A stretch of DNA of 53,711 nucleotides from a virus (Duplodnaviria; Heunggongvirae; Uroviricota; Caudoviricetes): positions 1-53,711 of the IMG/VR virus record IMGVR_UViG_3300037488_000489, one strand, 5' to 3'. Made by a program: the position numbers and the translations under genes. Positions 1-13,000 of the stretch are shown piece after piece. The notes under the pieces are model-generated. The model worked only from the letters and a program-made list of their open reading frames with translations. It made no database searches and had not been told where the DNA came from. The stretch's first letter is position 1. Every line of letters starts with the position of its first letter.

Positions 1-291
1 CAAGATGTAACTCCTACTAGTATAGGTAACTTTAATACTACTAGACAATTTAGTAAAGCTTATTATAGTCCTAGATTTGATATAGCAGATCAGTATGGAC
101 AAGGTTTTATTGCTGAGGTACCAAGAGCAGCTTCTGATTGGGGAAAAAGATATGGTAAAAAAGAATGGAGTCAAATTGCTCAAAAAGACATACCTATAAC
201 TGAAGGTAAAGTTTTACAGAAAGATTGGTTAAAAAGATATAAAGAAGTTCCTAAAAAAGAAGAGGGTGGCTGGTTAAACAAATATAAATAA
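1..291 (+). CDS. 3' end of a truncated CDS, putative virion protein, ending ...KKEEGGWLNKYK*
   Basis: Frame +1 is open from base 1 to TAA at 289-291 (manual translation). AYYSPRFDIADQYGQGFIAEV loosely resembles ADP-ribosyltransferase-like folds; the C-terminus carries the xxGG motif. Confidence 0.75.
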   Translation, partial: QDVTPTSIGNFNTTRQFSKAYYSPRFDIADQYGQGFIAEVPRAASDWGKRYGKKEWSQIAQKDIPITEGKVLQKDWLKRYKEVPKKEEGGWLNKYK

Positions 292-311
292 ATCATACAA
301 TAGATTATAAT

Positions 312-3300
312 ATGAAAGATCAAATCTTAAAGATCGCTAAAGTAAAATCTGAAAAGGAATTCTATAAGAAGTATCCTACAGAAGAAGCATTCATGAAAGC
401 TCATGGTAAAGCATTTAAAAAAGCTGCCATGGGTGCTAAGATGGTAGAAACTCAATTAGACCAATTAACTGACTTTGGTAATCCTCCTATAGCACAGGTA
501 GGTACAATGATTGGTGGTAATAACCTAAACCCTAAGCTTAAACCTGTGGGCTTCAATGATTTAATGACTGGAGCAAAAGCTACTAATGCTGGCATTAGTA
601 AAGAGGAACAAATGAGGCAAGATAACCTGGCTGCTCTTGAAGTAAAAAATGCTCCTGATCAAGAAGTTGATGGTGGGTTTGCAAAAACATTATCTGGAGT
701 TGCTAATCAATTTCTTGGAGAAGGTGGAGGTGGGGATGTTGGAGATATTGTAAATGATTTACCTATTCATAGATATGGTGGTGATTTATATAAATACCAA
801 GGCGGTGGTGGATTAACTGGTCTTGGTAATTCTATTGGAAGTGCTTTCCAAGGACAAGGTGGTCTTGGTAATGGTTTAATGAATCTATTTGGAAATAAAG
901 GAGGTGGTCAACAGATGATTAAAGATAGTCAGGCTATGTTTAAAGGTTCTGGAATGGCTGGATTAAAAGGTGGATTAAAAACACTTGGTACGTCTGAAGG
1001 ATTAAAAACTGCTGGTAAGGCTGCTGGTATAGGAGTGTTAAATGCTGCTCCTCAAATCTTACAAGGTATTGGTCAAATTAAAGAACAAAAGCAAGCAATT
1101 AAACAAGCTGATCAAACTGCTCAAATATCAAACGTTACAGCATTAGCTGCTGAGTCACAACCTCAATTACAAAAACGTAGATATGCAAGACCAGAAGATT
1201 CTTTAGTACAACCTGGACAATTAGGTAATCCTCAAGGTGCTGGTACAAACTTCTTGGCTCAGAACGGTAGATCTATTGGAGGTAACTCAACAGAGATTCA
1301 AAATACATATAGTAATCCTTTAGATATATATTCAGATCTTGGATTTACTCCACTGAATGATAATATTGTTAAACAATATCAAGTGGGTGGTAAAGTTAAG
1401 TTTGATCCAAGCACTTATAAACGTAGACCTGATGCAGAGTCGTCTGATATAAAATCTTCATCTAATTTATTATTATCAGCTGGAGCTGGAGGAGCTAACT
1501 CAAATGATTTTAGTAACTATTCTACAACTATTAATAAGTATGCTAATATGGGGAATGATACCTCATATATGTCTACACGTAACACTCCTGCAGGAACTGA
1601 AGAATTCTTTCATAATACAAATCAAGGAAATCCTATTTCTCAATTACGTAGAGGTAAGGAATTTATTAATTTAAGTCCTGATCAAGTAAATGCATATAAG
1701 CAAAAAGTATTAACAGGAACAGGTGGATTTGAACAAGGTGGTAATTTACCTACAGCAGAGTTTGGTGATTACTTCCAAGACTCAGGTCAAGCTTCCATTG
1801 GTAAAGGTGTAGGTTCTGCAATTGGTAGTGCATTTGGACCAGTTGGTGGTATGATTGGTGGATTCTTAGGTGGTGTTGCTGGTAACTTATTAGGTGGTGC
1901 TAAAGATGCTAATCAACTTGCTAACTTCCAAGATACAACAAAGAAAAATACAGAAAGAGCTGCTTGGGCACAAGGTGCTCAAAATATACAATCTACATAT
2001 TCTAGTTTTATGGAAGATGGTGGATATATGAATCCTGAATACAATCCACAAATGATTGCTAAGTTTGGTGATTATTCTATGGATCAATTATTAGCACCTC
2101 CTTATGATGCTGATATGTTACGTGCTGGTGGTCATTTAAAAGAGTACACTCCGCCTAGTGCAGAAGCTATGTTTACAGACAGAGCTCAATATGGTAAATG
2201 GATGAAGAGAACTAATGACCCAGGTGTAGAAGTTGCACCTACTGGTGGTGCTATGGCAAATCCAAGATTGAGTGATATTAAAGCTTATACACAAATGAAT
2301 GCTACTGATACAAATAGAAATGGTAGAAGTAATTATAATCAAGACTTTACAAGTGCTCAATACACTAAAGACTATTATGATAATCAACCTTCTCAAGAAG
2401 TTTACTCATATGGTAGAGATAACGGTAATAAGTTTTCAGAGTTTACTAGAATGGCAACAGAAGGACAGCCTGCTGTTAATGAGTTACATAGAACAGAAGA
2501 ACGTAGACCATTTCTTAATTTGATTGGTAAGAAACAAATTATGGATAGATATGATATGTTAAATGAGAAGAAAGCTCAAGGATACATGCAACAAATGAAT
2601 AATGCTATGCCTGGCGGATTACCAGGATATACAGCTCCTAATATGGAGTATGGTGGACAGCTGGCTATGGGTGGTGACTTACAAGTACATCGTGGTACAG
2701 CAGAAACTATGTCTTACAATCCATACTTACCAGGAGATGGAGAAACAGTTATGTTCAGAGGACCTTCTCATGACAATGGTGGTATACCAGTTAGTTATGG
2801 TCAGAATGGTGTAGAGGTAGAAGGTGGCGAACCAGCTATTAAGTTACAAGATGGTGGTCAAGAAGAGAACTTAGTTGTATTTGGTAACATGGTTATTCCT
2901 AAGTATGGTGTAGCTGAAATAGGTGATGACAAAGCTAAGGGTAAGAAGTTCAAAAACTATATTGCAGACCTTAGCAGAACAGAAGCTAAACAAAACAAAA
3001 TTATAGATAAATCAACCAAGTTAGTTAATAGCCTTAAAAATGATAATCCATTTGATCAATTATCAATGAACGCTAGTCGTGCTAACTTATTAGGAGCTAA
3101 TATGAAATTAAAAGATATTGCTGACAAAAAGCAAAGAGCAGCTGTAGTACAAAATGCTATTCTTGACACAGCTAAAGAGTTTGGTGTAGAAAGCGATGGT
3201 TTGGCTAAAGGTAAAATCAAAGCTATTAAAGATCCATTAATTGGTAAGAATGGTTTAAAGTTAAAGAAAGCTCAAAGTGGAGACAAGGTGGTAACATGGC

Positions 3301-4337
3301 ATCCAGACTGGGATGATGTATATAACAATGATGCACCAGATGTGTTAAATGCAGCAGATCTTGAGATGATTAAAAGAGGTATGAGCAAACCAGGGTTTAT
3401 GGGACAAGGTGCAACTGATTTACAAGAAGTGGTTGTTACAGCAAAACGTCCAAAGTTAAAAGGACCACTAGATATTATTCCAATGGAAACTAATCTTCGT
3501 AAATTGCCATTACCTCCAGTAACTTTCTCTGGTAAACCTCTTGATTTACAAATGGCTAAAGGTAAGAAGAAGAAAGGTAAGTTTGATTGGGAAATGTTAG
3601 CTAAAACTTTAGCTTCTGGTTTAGGTGATTACTTTAGACCTAGTACTAACAATCCATTAGATGGCAGTCAATTAATGGGTGAGATGTACGCACTGGGGAA
3701 TAATCAACAAGATCCTGTATATGCTCAAACATATCAGCCAATGTTGGATAATATTTATGACATTTCATTACAAGATCAAATTAACTCTATAGATTCTCAA
3801 GCTAGAGCTGCTATTAGAGCTGCTGGTGATAATCCTTCTGCACAGGCTTACATTATGAGTCAAGCTGCTGAACTTAAGAATAAGACATTGGGTGAGCAGA
3901 TGAGAATCAATCAAGCTAATAGAGCTCAAGTGTTCCAGGGTAATAGAGCAGCAATTAATGATTCTGTATTAAAGAATATAGGAATCCTTGATAATCAACA
4001 AGTTAGACAATCAACAGCTAAGTCTAGAACTAAAGAGCAAGCTATTGAAGCCCTTAACTCTATCTCTGATAAGATTGCTAGAAACAAACTTGAGACTAGA
4101 AATATAAATACTATGGAGAATTTGTATGGTTATAGATTTGGTCAAAATGATCGTGTGTATAATGCAAACAATCCTTACTTCTTTAACAGTCCTATAGTTG
4201 GTTCAATGAACGTTGGTGGCCTTAGTGAATATGAAAAAGCTAAAGCTATCACTAATGCTTATGAAAAGAAAACTAAGGGTTTAGGTAAGGAAGAAAGTAG
4301 AAACGGTTCTATTGTAAAAGCTCTTAAAAACATCTAA
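312..4337 (+). CDS. Large Gly/Gln-rich virion cargo (internal/ejection) protein, 1341 aa
   Basis: Long ORF at the head of a crAss-like cargo block; GPSHDNGG motif; many phi-[QEKR]-x-G(G) motifs; low-complexity Gly-rich hydrophobic stretches. Confidence 0.65.
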   Translation: MKDQILKIAKVKSEKEFYKKYPTEEAFMKAHGKAFKKAAMGAKMVETQLDQLTDFGNPPIAQVGTMIGGNNLNPKLKPVGFNDLMTGAKATNAGISKEEQMRQDNLAALEVKNAPDQEVDGGFAKTLSGVANQFLGEGGGGDVGDIVNDLPIHRYGGDLYKYQGGGGLTGLGNSIGSAFQGQGGLGNGLMNLFGNKGGGQQMIKDSQAMFKGSGMAGLKGGLKTLGTSEGLKTAGKAAGIGVLNAAPQILQGIGQIKEQKQAIKQADQTAQISNVTALAAESQPQLQKRRYARPEDSLVQPGQLGNPQGAGTNFLAQNGRSIGGNSTEIQNTYSNPLDIYSDLGFTPLNDNIVKQYQVGGKVKFDPSTYKRRPDAESSDIKSSSNLLLSAGAGGANSNDFSNYSTTINKYANMGNDTSYMSTRNTPAGTEEFFHNTNQGNPISQLRRGKEFINLSPDQVNAYKQKVLTGTGGFEQGGNLPTAEFGDYFQDSGQASIGKGVGSAIGSAFGPVGGMIGGFLGGVAGNLLGGAKDANQLANFQDTTKKNTERAAWAQGAQNIQSTYSSFMEDGGYMNPEYNPQMIAKFGDYSMDQLLAPPYDADMLRAGGHLKEYTPPSAEAMFTDRAQYGKWMKRTNDPGVEVAPTGGAMANPRLSDIKAYTQMNATDTNRNGRSNYNQDFTSAQYTKDYYDNQPSQEVYSYGRDNGNKFSEFTRMATEGQPAVNELHRTEERRPFLNLIGKKQIMDRYDMLNEKKAQGYMQQMNNAMPGGLPGYTAPNMEYGGQLAMGGDLQVHRGTAETMSYNPYLPGDGETVMFRGPSHDNGGIPVSYGQNGVEVEGGEPAIKLQDGGQEENLVVFGNMVIPKYGVAEIGDDKAKGKKFKNYIADLSRTEAKQNKIIDKSTKLVNSLKNDNPFDQLSMNASRANLLGANMKLKDIADKKQRAAVVQNAILDTAKEFGVESDGLAKGKIKAIKDPLIGKNGLKLKKAQSGDKVVTWHPDWDDVYNNDAPDVLNAADLEMIKRGMSKPGFMGQGATDLQEVVVTAKRPKLKGPLDIIPMETNLRKLPLPPVTFSGKPLDLQMAKGKKKKGKFDWEMLAKTLASGLGDYFRPSTNNPLDGSQLMGEMYALGNNQQDPVYAQTYQPMLDNIYDISLQDQINSIDSQARAAIRAAGDNPSAQAYIMSQAAELKNKTLGEQMRINQANRAQVFQGNRAAINDSVLKNIGILDNQQVRQSTAKSRTKEQAIEALNSISDKIARNKLETRNINTMENLYGYRFGQNDRVYNANNPYFFNSPIVGSMNVGGLSEYEKAKAITNAYEKKTKGLGKEESRNGSIVKALKNI

Positions 4338-4378
4338 TCAATTCAGTTATACCAAGTTAATCAAAGCAGTTAATTCTC

Positions 4379-4409
4379 TTGGTAATTATAATAATTTAAA
4401 TTACATTTG
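4379..4409 (+). promoter_or_regulatory. Bacteroidota sigma-A type promoter, TTGGTAAT-N15-TACATTTG
   Basis: -7 box TAnnTTTG at 4402-4409; TTG 20 nt upstream; 14 nt before the ATG at 4424. Confidence 0.75.
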
Positions 4410-4423
4410 CTAATTCATACATC

Positions 4424-7027
4424 ATGGCTTCATTTACAGACCAAATATCAAAATTTAATCCTTACGTAGCACAATTGCCCTCAGATGCAATGGTGAAAGT
4501 GGGCATGTACAAACAGGCTCAATATGACGCTGGTGTGCAAAAGATCCAGTCCTATATGGATAATATAGCTGGTATGGATATTTACAATGAAGGAGATAAG
4601 GCATACGTACAATCCAAACTTGATAGTTTAGGTAATGATCTTAAAATAGTTGCTGCTGGAGATTTCTCTAATCAGCAATTAGTTAATTCTGTTGGCGGTA
4701 TGGCTACTCAAATTGTCAAAGATGCTAACGTACAAAACGCTATTGCTACCACTGCACAATTTAGAAAAACATTAGCTAGGATTGAAAAAGATCAAGCTGA
4801 TGGTAAAGCAGGTGCAAATAATATAGAAGATTTCTATGCACAAGCTAAACCTTGGATGGATAGTACAGAAGCTGGTGTTAAGTTAAAAGCTAACTATTCT
4901 CAATATAGAGATGTTAATAAAAGTGCCCTAGAGATTATAAAAGGTATGCACTCAAGCTTAAGATCTATTGATATTCCTTTTGTAGTGAAAGATGGTAAGA
5001 TTAACACTAAAGCAATTGCTGATGCAATGAAGCGTAATAAGATTGAAGGCATCACTGAAGGAGCAATTGTTACAGCTTTAAGAGCTGGTTTATCTTCAGA
5101 AGATTATAACCAATTAGCTATTGATGGTAGATCTACATTTAGAGATGTACCTGAAGAGAAATTGAATTCTATTGTAAGCGACACCTTAGGAAAAACTAAG
5201 GAGCAGAATGGTTTAGATATTAAAAAATTACAAACTGAACTACCTTCACAAGTACAAGACCCTAATAAAACTGACGAGATTAATAAAAGAATTGAATTTT
5301 ATAAGGGTCAGGGTTATATCATGAAGGATGCAAAAGGTAATGTTACAGAAAATGTTAGTGGTGAATTAGATAAACAAGCTGAAGAAGATTTTAGTCTTAT
5401 TCAATCCAATCCAAACAAGGTAAAGGAATCTCTATATAGACAAGGTTTCTTTCAACAGTTTGCTAATGGTTTTAAATGGAATAATGAAGACTTTAGTTAT
5501 GTAACAAATCCTCTTAAACAACAAGAGAATTGGGTTGCTGATATGAATCTTAAATGGGTTACTGAGAATAGACAAAAATTAAAAGATGAAAGAGATTATG
5601 TATTAGCAGTAAAAGATGATGCGAGAAAAGATGCTAAAGAAAGAAGAGAGGCTCAAGAATTTGATGGTGCTCCAGGTATTCCAGTTGAGGAAGGAAATAC
5701 AACAGATAATGCTTTAAAATCTCCTGAACGATTGCAAGGTCACATGACTGAAGTTGCCAATGAGATTTTAGGTAAGAAACAAGCCTTGATGGGTAAGGGA
5801 TATACAGATGCTCAAGTTAATGGAATGATTGCTGATTACGAAAAGAATGGCAATAAGGCTAACATTCCTGCTACAGAGATTGGAACCATTCAAGATATAT
5901 TAAGACAAAAGCAATACTTTAATGATTTAGATAAATTAAATAAAACTGCTAAGGCTGAAGCTCAGAATGAAATAACTGGCGATGCTGCTGTTGGAAAACA
6001 AATAGCTGAAAGAGAAGCATTTGTAGCAAGCAATTTTAGTCCAGATAAAAAGATTACACAGCCAGGAGCCAAAGATTGGAGAGATGGTTTAAACATCACT
6101 GAAAAACAATTTATAGATGGTGTAAGAAATGGTACAATTTCATATTCTTATGATAAAGGTCCTCTTGGTCAAGTATATGTAAATGTTAATGGTAAACAAT
6201 TTAACTTTAAGAAAGTAGGATATGGTTCAAACCCTGCATTTAAAGCCTTAGTTGAAAAAGCAATATCATATAGTAATAAATATGGTAAGATAGATAAAGA
6301 CATTGAAACCAAGATTGATCAAAAATATAAAGAGAAGTTAGGTCCTAGAGTTGCTGAGTTAGTTCCAACAGTTACAGGAATGGGCTTTGGTAAAGATGGT
6401 ACTGTTCCAACAAGAGTTGCTAATAACTTAGTTGCATTTATTGGTGCTGCTGATGCTAAAGAGATTGCAGCTAATGAAGACTTTAATACAAAAACTGCAT
6501 CTGGTAGACTTGCTGGAGATAATTTAAAAAACACAAAGGTGTTATTACGTCAAGATGGTAACAAGTACCAAGCAATCATTAGAGATCTTACAGATCCAGG
6601 CAATGACCAGGTACTTAATATAAGCCAAAAGAATGCTATTGATATATTTGGAGCTGAGAATGTAAATATGAATAAACAAGATGCATTAAGAATTAGAGCT
6701 GGTAGAGGCAGTAATAATGTTAACGGTAGCCCTAATTCTGCACCTATGCAAGTTCAGTTTGGTGATTTTCCAAACGTTAGGAGTTTTCAGGTTACAGCTC
6801 AACTAGATGAAGATACTAAATACCAAGGACAATTTGTACCTAAAGTGCATCTATTAAAAAAAGATGGAACATATCAAACATTTGAAATCTCTGGTAAGAA
6901 TAGAGCACAAAGAGTTGGATATGATCAAGGTAAGCAAGTATTGAATAATTTAACAGATGACACAATGATGAAGTTATTAAAAGAACTTTATCCAACATAC
7001 GATTTCTCTCAAATCTATAGAAAATAA
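4424..7027 (+). CDS. Virion cargo/ejection protein, 867 aa
   Basis: Helical/coiled-coil-rich ORF directly upstream of the vRNAP; the N-terminus MASFTDQISKFNPYVAQLP is typical in style of crAss-like cargo proteins. Confidence 0.6.
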   Translation: MASFTDQISKFNPYVAQLPSDAMVKVGMYKQAQYDAGVQKIQSYMDNIAGMDIYNEGDKAYVQSKLDSLGNDLKIVAAGDFSNQQLVNSVGGMATQIVKDANVQNAIATTAQFRKTLARIEKDQADGKAGANNIEDFYAQAKPWMDSTEAGVKLKANYSQYRDVNKSALEIIKGMHSSLRSIDIPFVVKDGKINTKAIADAMKRNKIEGITEGAIVTALRAGLSSEDYNQLAIDGRSTFRDVPEEKLNSIVSDTLGKTKEQNGLDIKKLQTELPSQVQDPNKTDEINKRIEFYKGQGYIMKDAKGNVTENVSGELDKQAEEDFSLIQSNPNKVKESLYRQGFFQQFANGFKWNNEDFSYVTNPLKQQENWVADMNLKWVTENRQKLKDERDYVLAVKDDARKDAKERREAQEFDGAPGIPVEEGNTTDNALKSPERLQGHMTEVANEILGKKQALMGKGYTDAQVNGMIADYEKNGNKANIPATEIGTIQDILRQKQYFNDLDKLNKTAKAEAQNEITGDAAVGKQIAEREAFVASNFSPDKKITQPGAKDWRDGLNITEKQFIDGVRNGTISYSYDKGPLGQVYVNVNGKQFNFKKVGYGSNPAFKALVEKAISYSNKYGKIDKDIETKIDQKYKEKLGPRVAELVPTVTGMGFGKDGTVPTRVANNLVAFIGAADAKEIAANEDFNTKTASGRLAGDNLKNTKVLLRQDGNKYQAIIRDLTDPGNDQVLNISQKNAIDIFGAENVNMNKQDALRIRAGRGSNNVNGSPNSAPMQVQFGDFPNVRSFQVTAQLDEDTKYQGQFVPKVHLLKKDGTYQTFEISGKNRAQRVGYDQGKQVLNNLTDDTMMKLLKELYPTYDFSQIYRK

Positions 7028-7029
7028 CT

Positions 7030-10000
7030 ATGCCAGATTTTGACAAAAACCTCAAGCCTATTCTAAAAAATGAAGATGTTAATCTTCCTAATTTAGACAA
7101 TCCAGCTTCTACTGGAAACTTTGGATATAGACAAAGTGTAGAAGGTAAGCAAAGTGCTGTAGATCAATTCTTTGGAGGTGGTCCTGTTGTTAATGATATG
7201 GCTCCAACTGTTACAGCTAAGGAATTATATGAGAATAGAAGATATGAAATCTTTAGTCCTGATATTACAGATATAGAAAATCAAAAAGCTAATGCTCAGT
7301 CTTGGGGAACTCAGGCTGCTAATGGTATTTTGAAAGGATTAAACTTAACTGCCACAACTGTTGTTGGTGGATTTGGTATGTTGGAGGGTGTGTTAGAAGC
7401 ATCTTTCTCTGGAAGACTTGCTGACATTTGGGATAATAAAATCTTAAGGGATCTTGATGATTGGAATAATAAAGTGGATCAAGAGTATCTTCCAAACTAT
7501 TATAGTACAAAAGAAACTGAAGCTAATTGGTACTCTACTGATAACTGGTTCAGACCTAACTTCCTATTTGACAAGTTAGTAAAGAATAGTGGATATGCTG
7601 TAGGTGCAATGATTAGTGGTAATATTGCTAATGCTGGTATCCTAAGATTAGGACGTGGTATTGGTGCACTAGCTGATGCGTATGCTATAGGAGCTGAGAG
7701 TTCTCAAGCATTTAAATCATACACTCCTCTATTAAGAAACATGTCAAGAGCTTTCAGTGCTGGTAAAAACATTGAAGCTGCTGCTGTATTAGAAAAGGGA
7801 ATTGCAACTGTAGCAGATGTTACAGCTCAATCTTCTCAACTAGCTGAGATTGCTGCACAAACAAATAATTTTTTTAGAATTAATGATATAGGTAGAAGAA
7901 CAGCTATTGCTGCATATTCTTCTGCAGGTGAATCATCTTTTGAAGCTTTACAAACAAGTAGAGAATATAGAAAGAATGCTATTGCTCAATTCATACAAGA
8001 TTATGGATATGAACCTACTGGTTCTGATTTAGAAAAAATCAATCAAGACACAGAATCTGTTGGTAAAGTTTCATTCTTTGCTAACATGGGTATTCTTAGT
8101 GCTACAGAATATGTACAGCTTCCTAGACTTTTAGGTTCTTCTTACTCTGCAAGCAAGCAAGCTGCTAATAGCTTAATGGGACAAGTTGATAATGTTGTAT
8201 TGAGAGAAGGTAAATATGTAGCTGAAGAAGCTGCTACTAGATTTGGTAAGATATATGATAAAGCTAAAGGTGTAGGCAGATATGTATTTGATCCTAAAGA
8301 AGCTTTACAAGAAGGTTTACAAACTGGATTACAAGTAGGTACTCAAAACTATTACAATAAAGCATATCAAACTGGTAATGCTAATGTATGGGTAGATGGT
8401 TTCTTATATGGTGTAAATGGTGTTAATAAAGAAGGTAGAGGTGTTGGTGTATTGAATTCTAAAGAAGGTGCTGAGAGTATTTTACTTGGAGGTATCACTG
8501 GAGGAATGATGCAGATTAAAGGAAACTTCTCTCAACAAGCAGCACTTGCTACTAATACGCAAGCATTCATAAATACACTTAATAGTACACCATCGTTTAA
8601 ACAAGCCTTCCAAGATAGAATGGATGGTATTAATAGAGGTGTAATATTACAACAACAACAACAAGTTGCTGTTCTTCAAGGAGATAGATTAGAAGCTAAA
8701 GATCTTGATGCAGATTTATTACACAACTACTTAGCCCCACGTATCAAATACGGTAGATTTGATATGATTATTGAAGACATTAAAGAATTAAAAAGAGATG
8801 GTCTTACAGAAGGTGGATTAAGTCAACTTAAAGAACAAGGACTTGCTAATATTAATGATACTGTTGACATGTATCAACAAAGACTTGCTAACTTTGAAAA
8901 GGTTGCAGGACAAGTAAGTGAATTATATAAGTCTCTTGATTTAAGATATTCTGGTGAGGTTGATGATAAAGGGAATAGAAAATATTCATCTCAAGTAATT
9001 GATAAGTTAGTATATGCTGGTGCTAAAATCATGAACTATGATAAACGTATCCCTCAAGTTAATGCACCATTGGCTGCAGCAGGTATTGATACCACTGCTG
9101 TATTAACAGATATTATTAAGAACAAACAACCTAACAAAGAAGCAACAGATGGTGTTATTGAGCAAATCAATAACATGGATGTAACTTCTGAGGTGAAGGA
9201 TGATCTTAAATTAGCATTAACTGATACTATTGAACTTTCTTTACGTAGAAAGTTATTCATAGATCAGTATGATGATATTAAATCTAACCCTGAAAAATAT
9301 CAGGTTAAAACTACATTAGCTGAAGAAGAAGAACTTCCAGTTGAAGTGGATCAAGTTGAAGACGGTAAGACTAAGAAAAGAGAATTAGAAGTGGGTCAAG
9401 AGTATTCTCTTAAACAATCTTATCTTAGAGATGGTAATGGTTTAGTATTAGCTCCTAAGATAACTGTGCAAGCACAGACTCTTGGTGGTGAATATGAAGT
9501 TGTTCTTCCTAATGGAAAGACTAGCTTCTTAACTCCTGAGCAATTTAAAGCTTATAGCGTTAGTGATAACAATAATACATCTGAAGAACTATCAGATTTA
9601 TTAGATAATGTAATTACTAGAATTGTTAGCCAACCTAAATATAAAGATGTTGCTGATACAATGCCTGCTGGAGAAGAGTCTGAAAAGACTTTATTACAAC
9701 ACATTAATGAGCAAAACAATCCTGAGTTGATTGATGAAATTGAAGCAGAGTTCAAAGAGAAATCTGAAGCATTCATGAAACAAGCTGAGGCAATTGCTAA
9801 AGATGAAAAGCTTGCAGCTGAATTTAATGCTACAATGGATATGGCTGGTACAGAAGTAATAGCTACAGAAGAAGCTAGTGCTCCTGATACTAATGCTAAA
9901 TCAACAGATGTTCTTCCTAGAGCTACTATCCCATCTCAACAAATTCCTGGTTACAAGAATTCAAACTTCTTTGGTAACAAGTTAGGTAGTTTCTCTAATA

Positions 10001-13000
10001 GAGCAAACATCCGTGGTGTATATGTTACACAAGCTAATGAAGCTAAACTAGGTTTAGGTGGTACTATAGTAGATGGTAAGTATGTTGGTGGATTAATGAA
10101 CTACTTAAAAGGTGATAGTGATATAGATCCTGCTAAGACTATTGCATTTGTAATGGTTGAACAAGTAGGAGATAAAGTGACTGTTGTAGATAAAGATGGC
10201 AAACCTCTTGCTAATCCTACATTTGAAACTGCTGTATTCCAAGTGATGCCAGATCCTAAGTTTCAATGGAGTGAGAAGTTTGGTGGGAAGAGTATGTTCA
10301 GAGAAGGTACTCCAGAAGATGTCAAAGAAAACATTATTGCTAGATATACAGAATTTGTTAATGAAACTCTATCTGAAACTGGTATTATTCCTCATACAAT
10401 AGAAGCTTCTTTTGGTACTGCTCAAAAGACTAAGGGTGCAAAGAACTCTGTGACTAGTGCTGGATTAATCAAATCTTCTGATTTGAATACTAAGTCTGTA
10501 CTAAATGTTCCTACAAATAATGGTACTATCACAAGAGGTTCTACTTCTTTTTCTAATCCATTAGGTAAGATATTTTTAAAAGCTGCTAATGGTTATGTGA
10601 TGTTACAAAATAACAAACACAATAAAAAGCAAGCTGGGGTTATATTTGATGCAATCAGGGAACTTTGTAATATTGCAAATACTGAATACAACTTACAATC
10701 ACCTGAGGCTCAGAGATTGTATAAGTGGTTAACTACTGTGGTGTATTGGGGTAAACCTAAGAATGCTCCAGGGGTTAACAGTATGTGGTTTGAGAAAGGT
10801 AAGTTACGTGTTGGAAACGAAGGTAAAACTTACACGTTTACAACTGAAGGATTGGATGCAGCTAAAGATAAAATCATGGCTGACATAATGGACTCTTACC
10901 ATAATGTAAGATCTATATTTGTAGCTAGTGATGTAAAGACCAATAGTATTTACAACTGGCAGTTACCCTATGAGCAAATTGTTGGTATAAAAGATGGTAA
11001 GATAGAAGCTAAGCAATGGAAGAACTATCAATCATACTTATTATCTTCTGAAGGAAGAAATGGTGAAGATGCTCCATTGACTACAAACATTAATCCTATA
11101 TCAGCTGAAGCTGAAGTTAATAGACAAGGTGTATACTTTGTAGCTACAGATACAGCTGCTAGATATGCAGCTCCTCTTCCTAAGGTGAAAGCTCCTAAAA
11201 CATTGACTCCAGGTTCTCCTAAAGCTGATGTTACTAATGCTATTGAAGATGGTAAGGTGACTACTATTAGCAACCCTGCTTTTGGTACAGTTCACTTTAT
11301 TGCTAACTTCAACAATCTAGATGAGATTCAGTTTGTTACAACAGATCCAACTAATCCAGATTCTATTAAAATGGCTGCAGATAACACTTCTGCTTTTGCT
11401 AAAGTGAATGCTAATACAATTGCTGCATCTATTGCTCAAAAAATTAGAGGGGAACAAACAGCTATTAAAGAAGAAGCTAAAGTTGTAGCTCCTATTATTG
11501 AAGAGAATAATATCCCTGAGACTGATGAGGAGTTGATGAGAAAGCAAATGAATGAAACAGAAGATGATGCTCCTTTCCGTACTAAGTTACGCAATCAAGT
11601 TGATTCATTTGAGAAAGAGAACTGGCCTAAGATTGAAAAATTCTTAAAAGAAAAGTTTCCTAACCTTCCTGTATATAGAGTAAAGAACATCATCAGAAAT
11701 GCTGCTGGACAAGAAATGTTTGGTATGTTTAAAGATGGTGCCATCTATGTATATGAAGGAGCTGAGACAGGTACATTATATCACGAAGTGTTCCACGGTG
11801 TGTACAGAATGTTTACTAGCCCTGATGAACGCAATAGTATCAGAGATGAATTTAGATCTAGAGCAGGAAGCTTTACAGATAGAGCTAGTGGTGAAGAGCT
11901 TAAATACTCTGATGCTACTGATATACAAATAGAAGAGCAATTAGCTGAAGAGTTAATTGACTACATTCAAAATGGTAAGCTACCAGCTAAACCAAAAGAT
12001 GGTAGACCATTCATTGTTAAGATGTTTGCTGACTTTGTAAACTTTGTTAAGTCATTGTTTACAGGTGCTAAAGCTGAATTAAATACAAGAGAATTATTTA
12101 AGCAAATTAAGAAAGGAGATTTTAAACAGTACTCTCCTGTTACATCTAGTTTGTCTTATGCTAATAAAGGTATTATAGATATTGATTCTGCTATTGCAGA
12201 ACCTGGTGCTGTTGCACGTTTAAAGATGGGTGGACAAACTGTTCATGACATCATGCAACAAATGACTTACATTACGCTAGGTGATATTGTTAAGAGTGAT
12301 GAAGGTTTGTTCAATATTGAGAAGGTTAAGAAACCAGCTCTTTATGCAAAACTTAAAGATAACTTACAGAAGACAGCTCTTAAATCTAGAAAAGAAGCTG
12401 AAAATGATGTTAGAGATGGTAATATGACTAATGAAGCATCTCTTCCTATTATTGAAAAGTCTATTGCTTTATGGAGAGACATTACTGATAACTGGGATGA
12501 TATTGTTGCAAAACATGAAGAATATCTTAAAGCATATTCTATTCAGTTTGATGAGAATGAAGAAACAGAATTTACTACTGAAGATAAATCTAAAGGTTCT
12601 GATTATATGGATAGTAGCAAGATTGATAGCTTTAAGAAAGCTGCAGCTGCTACTAAGATTTTATTAGCCACTGTGCCTATTGTAAAAGATGGCAAGTTGG
12701 ACTACTCATCTATCAATGGTGTAAGATTATTACCTGTTAGTGAGGTGTACATGACTTTGTTAAACAAAACTCATAGCTCACGTAGTATTGATGAGATGAT
12801 TAGCAGAATCTATGATATAGCTAAGGATGACGAAAACTATCGTACATTATATGAGCGTATTACTAAGACTAAGTATATTGATAATAACTTTGACTTCTCT
12901 TCTATTAAGAACACTAATGAAGAAAGATTAATTTCTGCATTATGGAAGTTACTTAAGAAACAGAACCCAGAGGTTAAGAACTTATTTATATTAGAGAATG

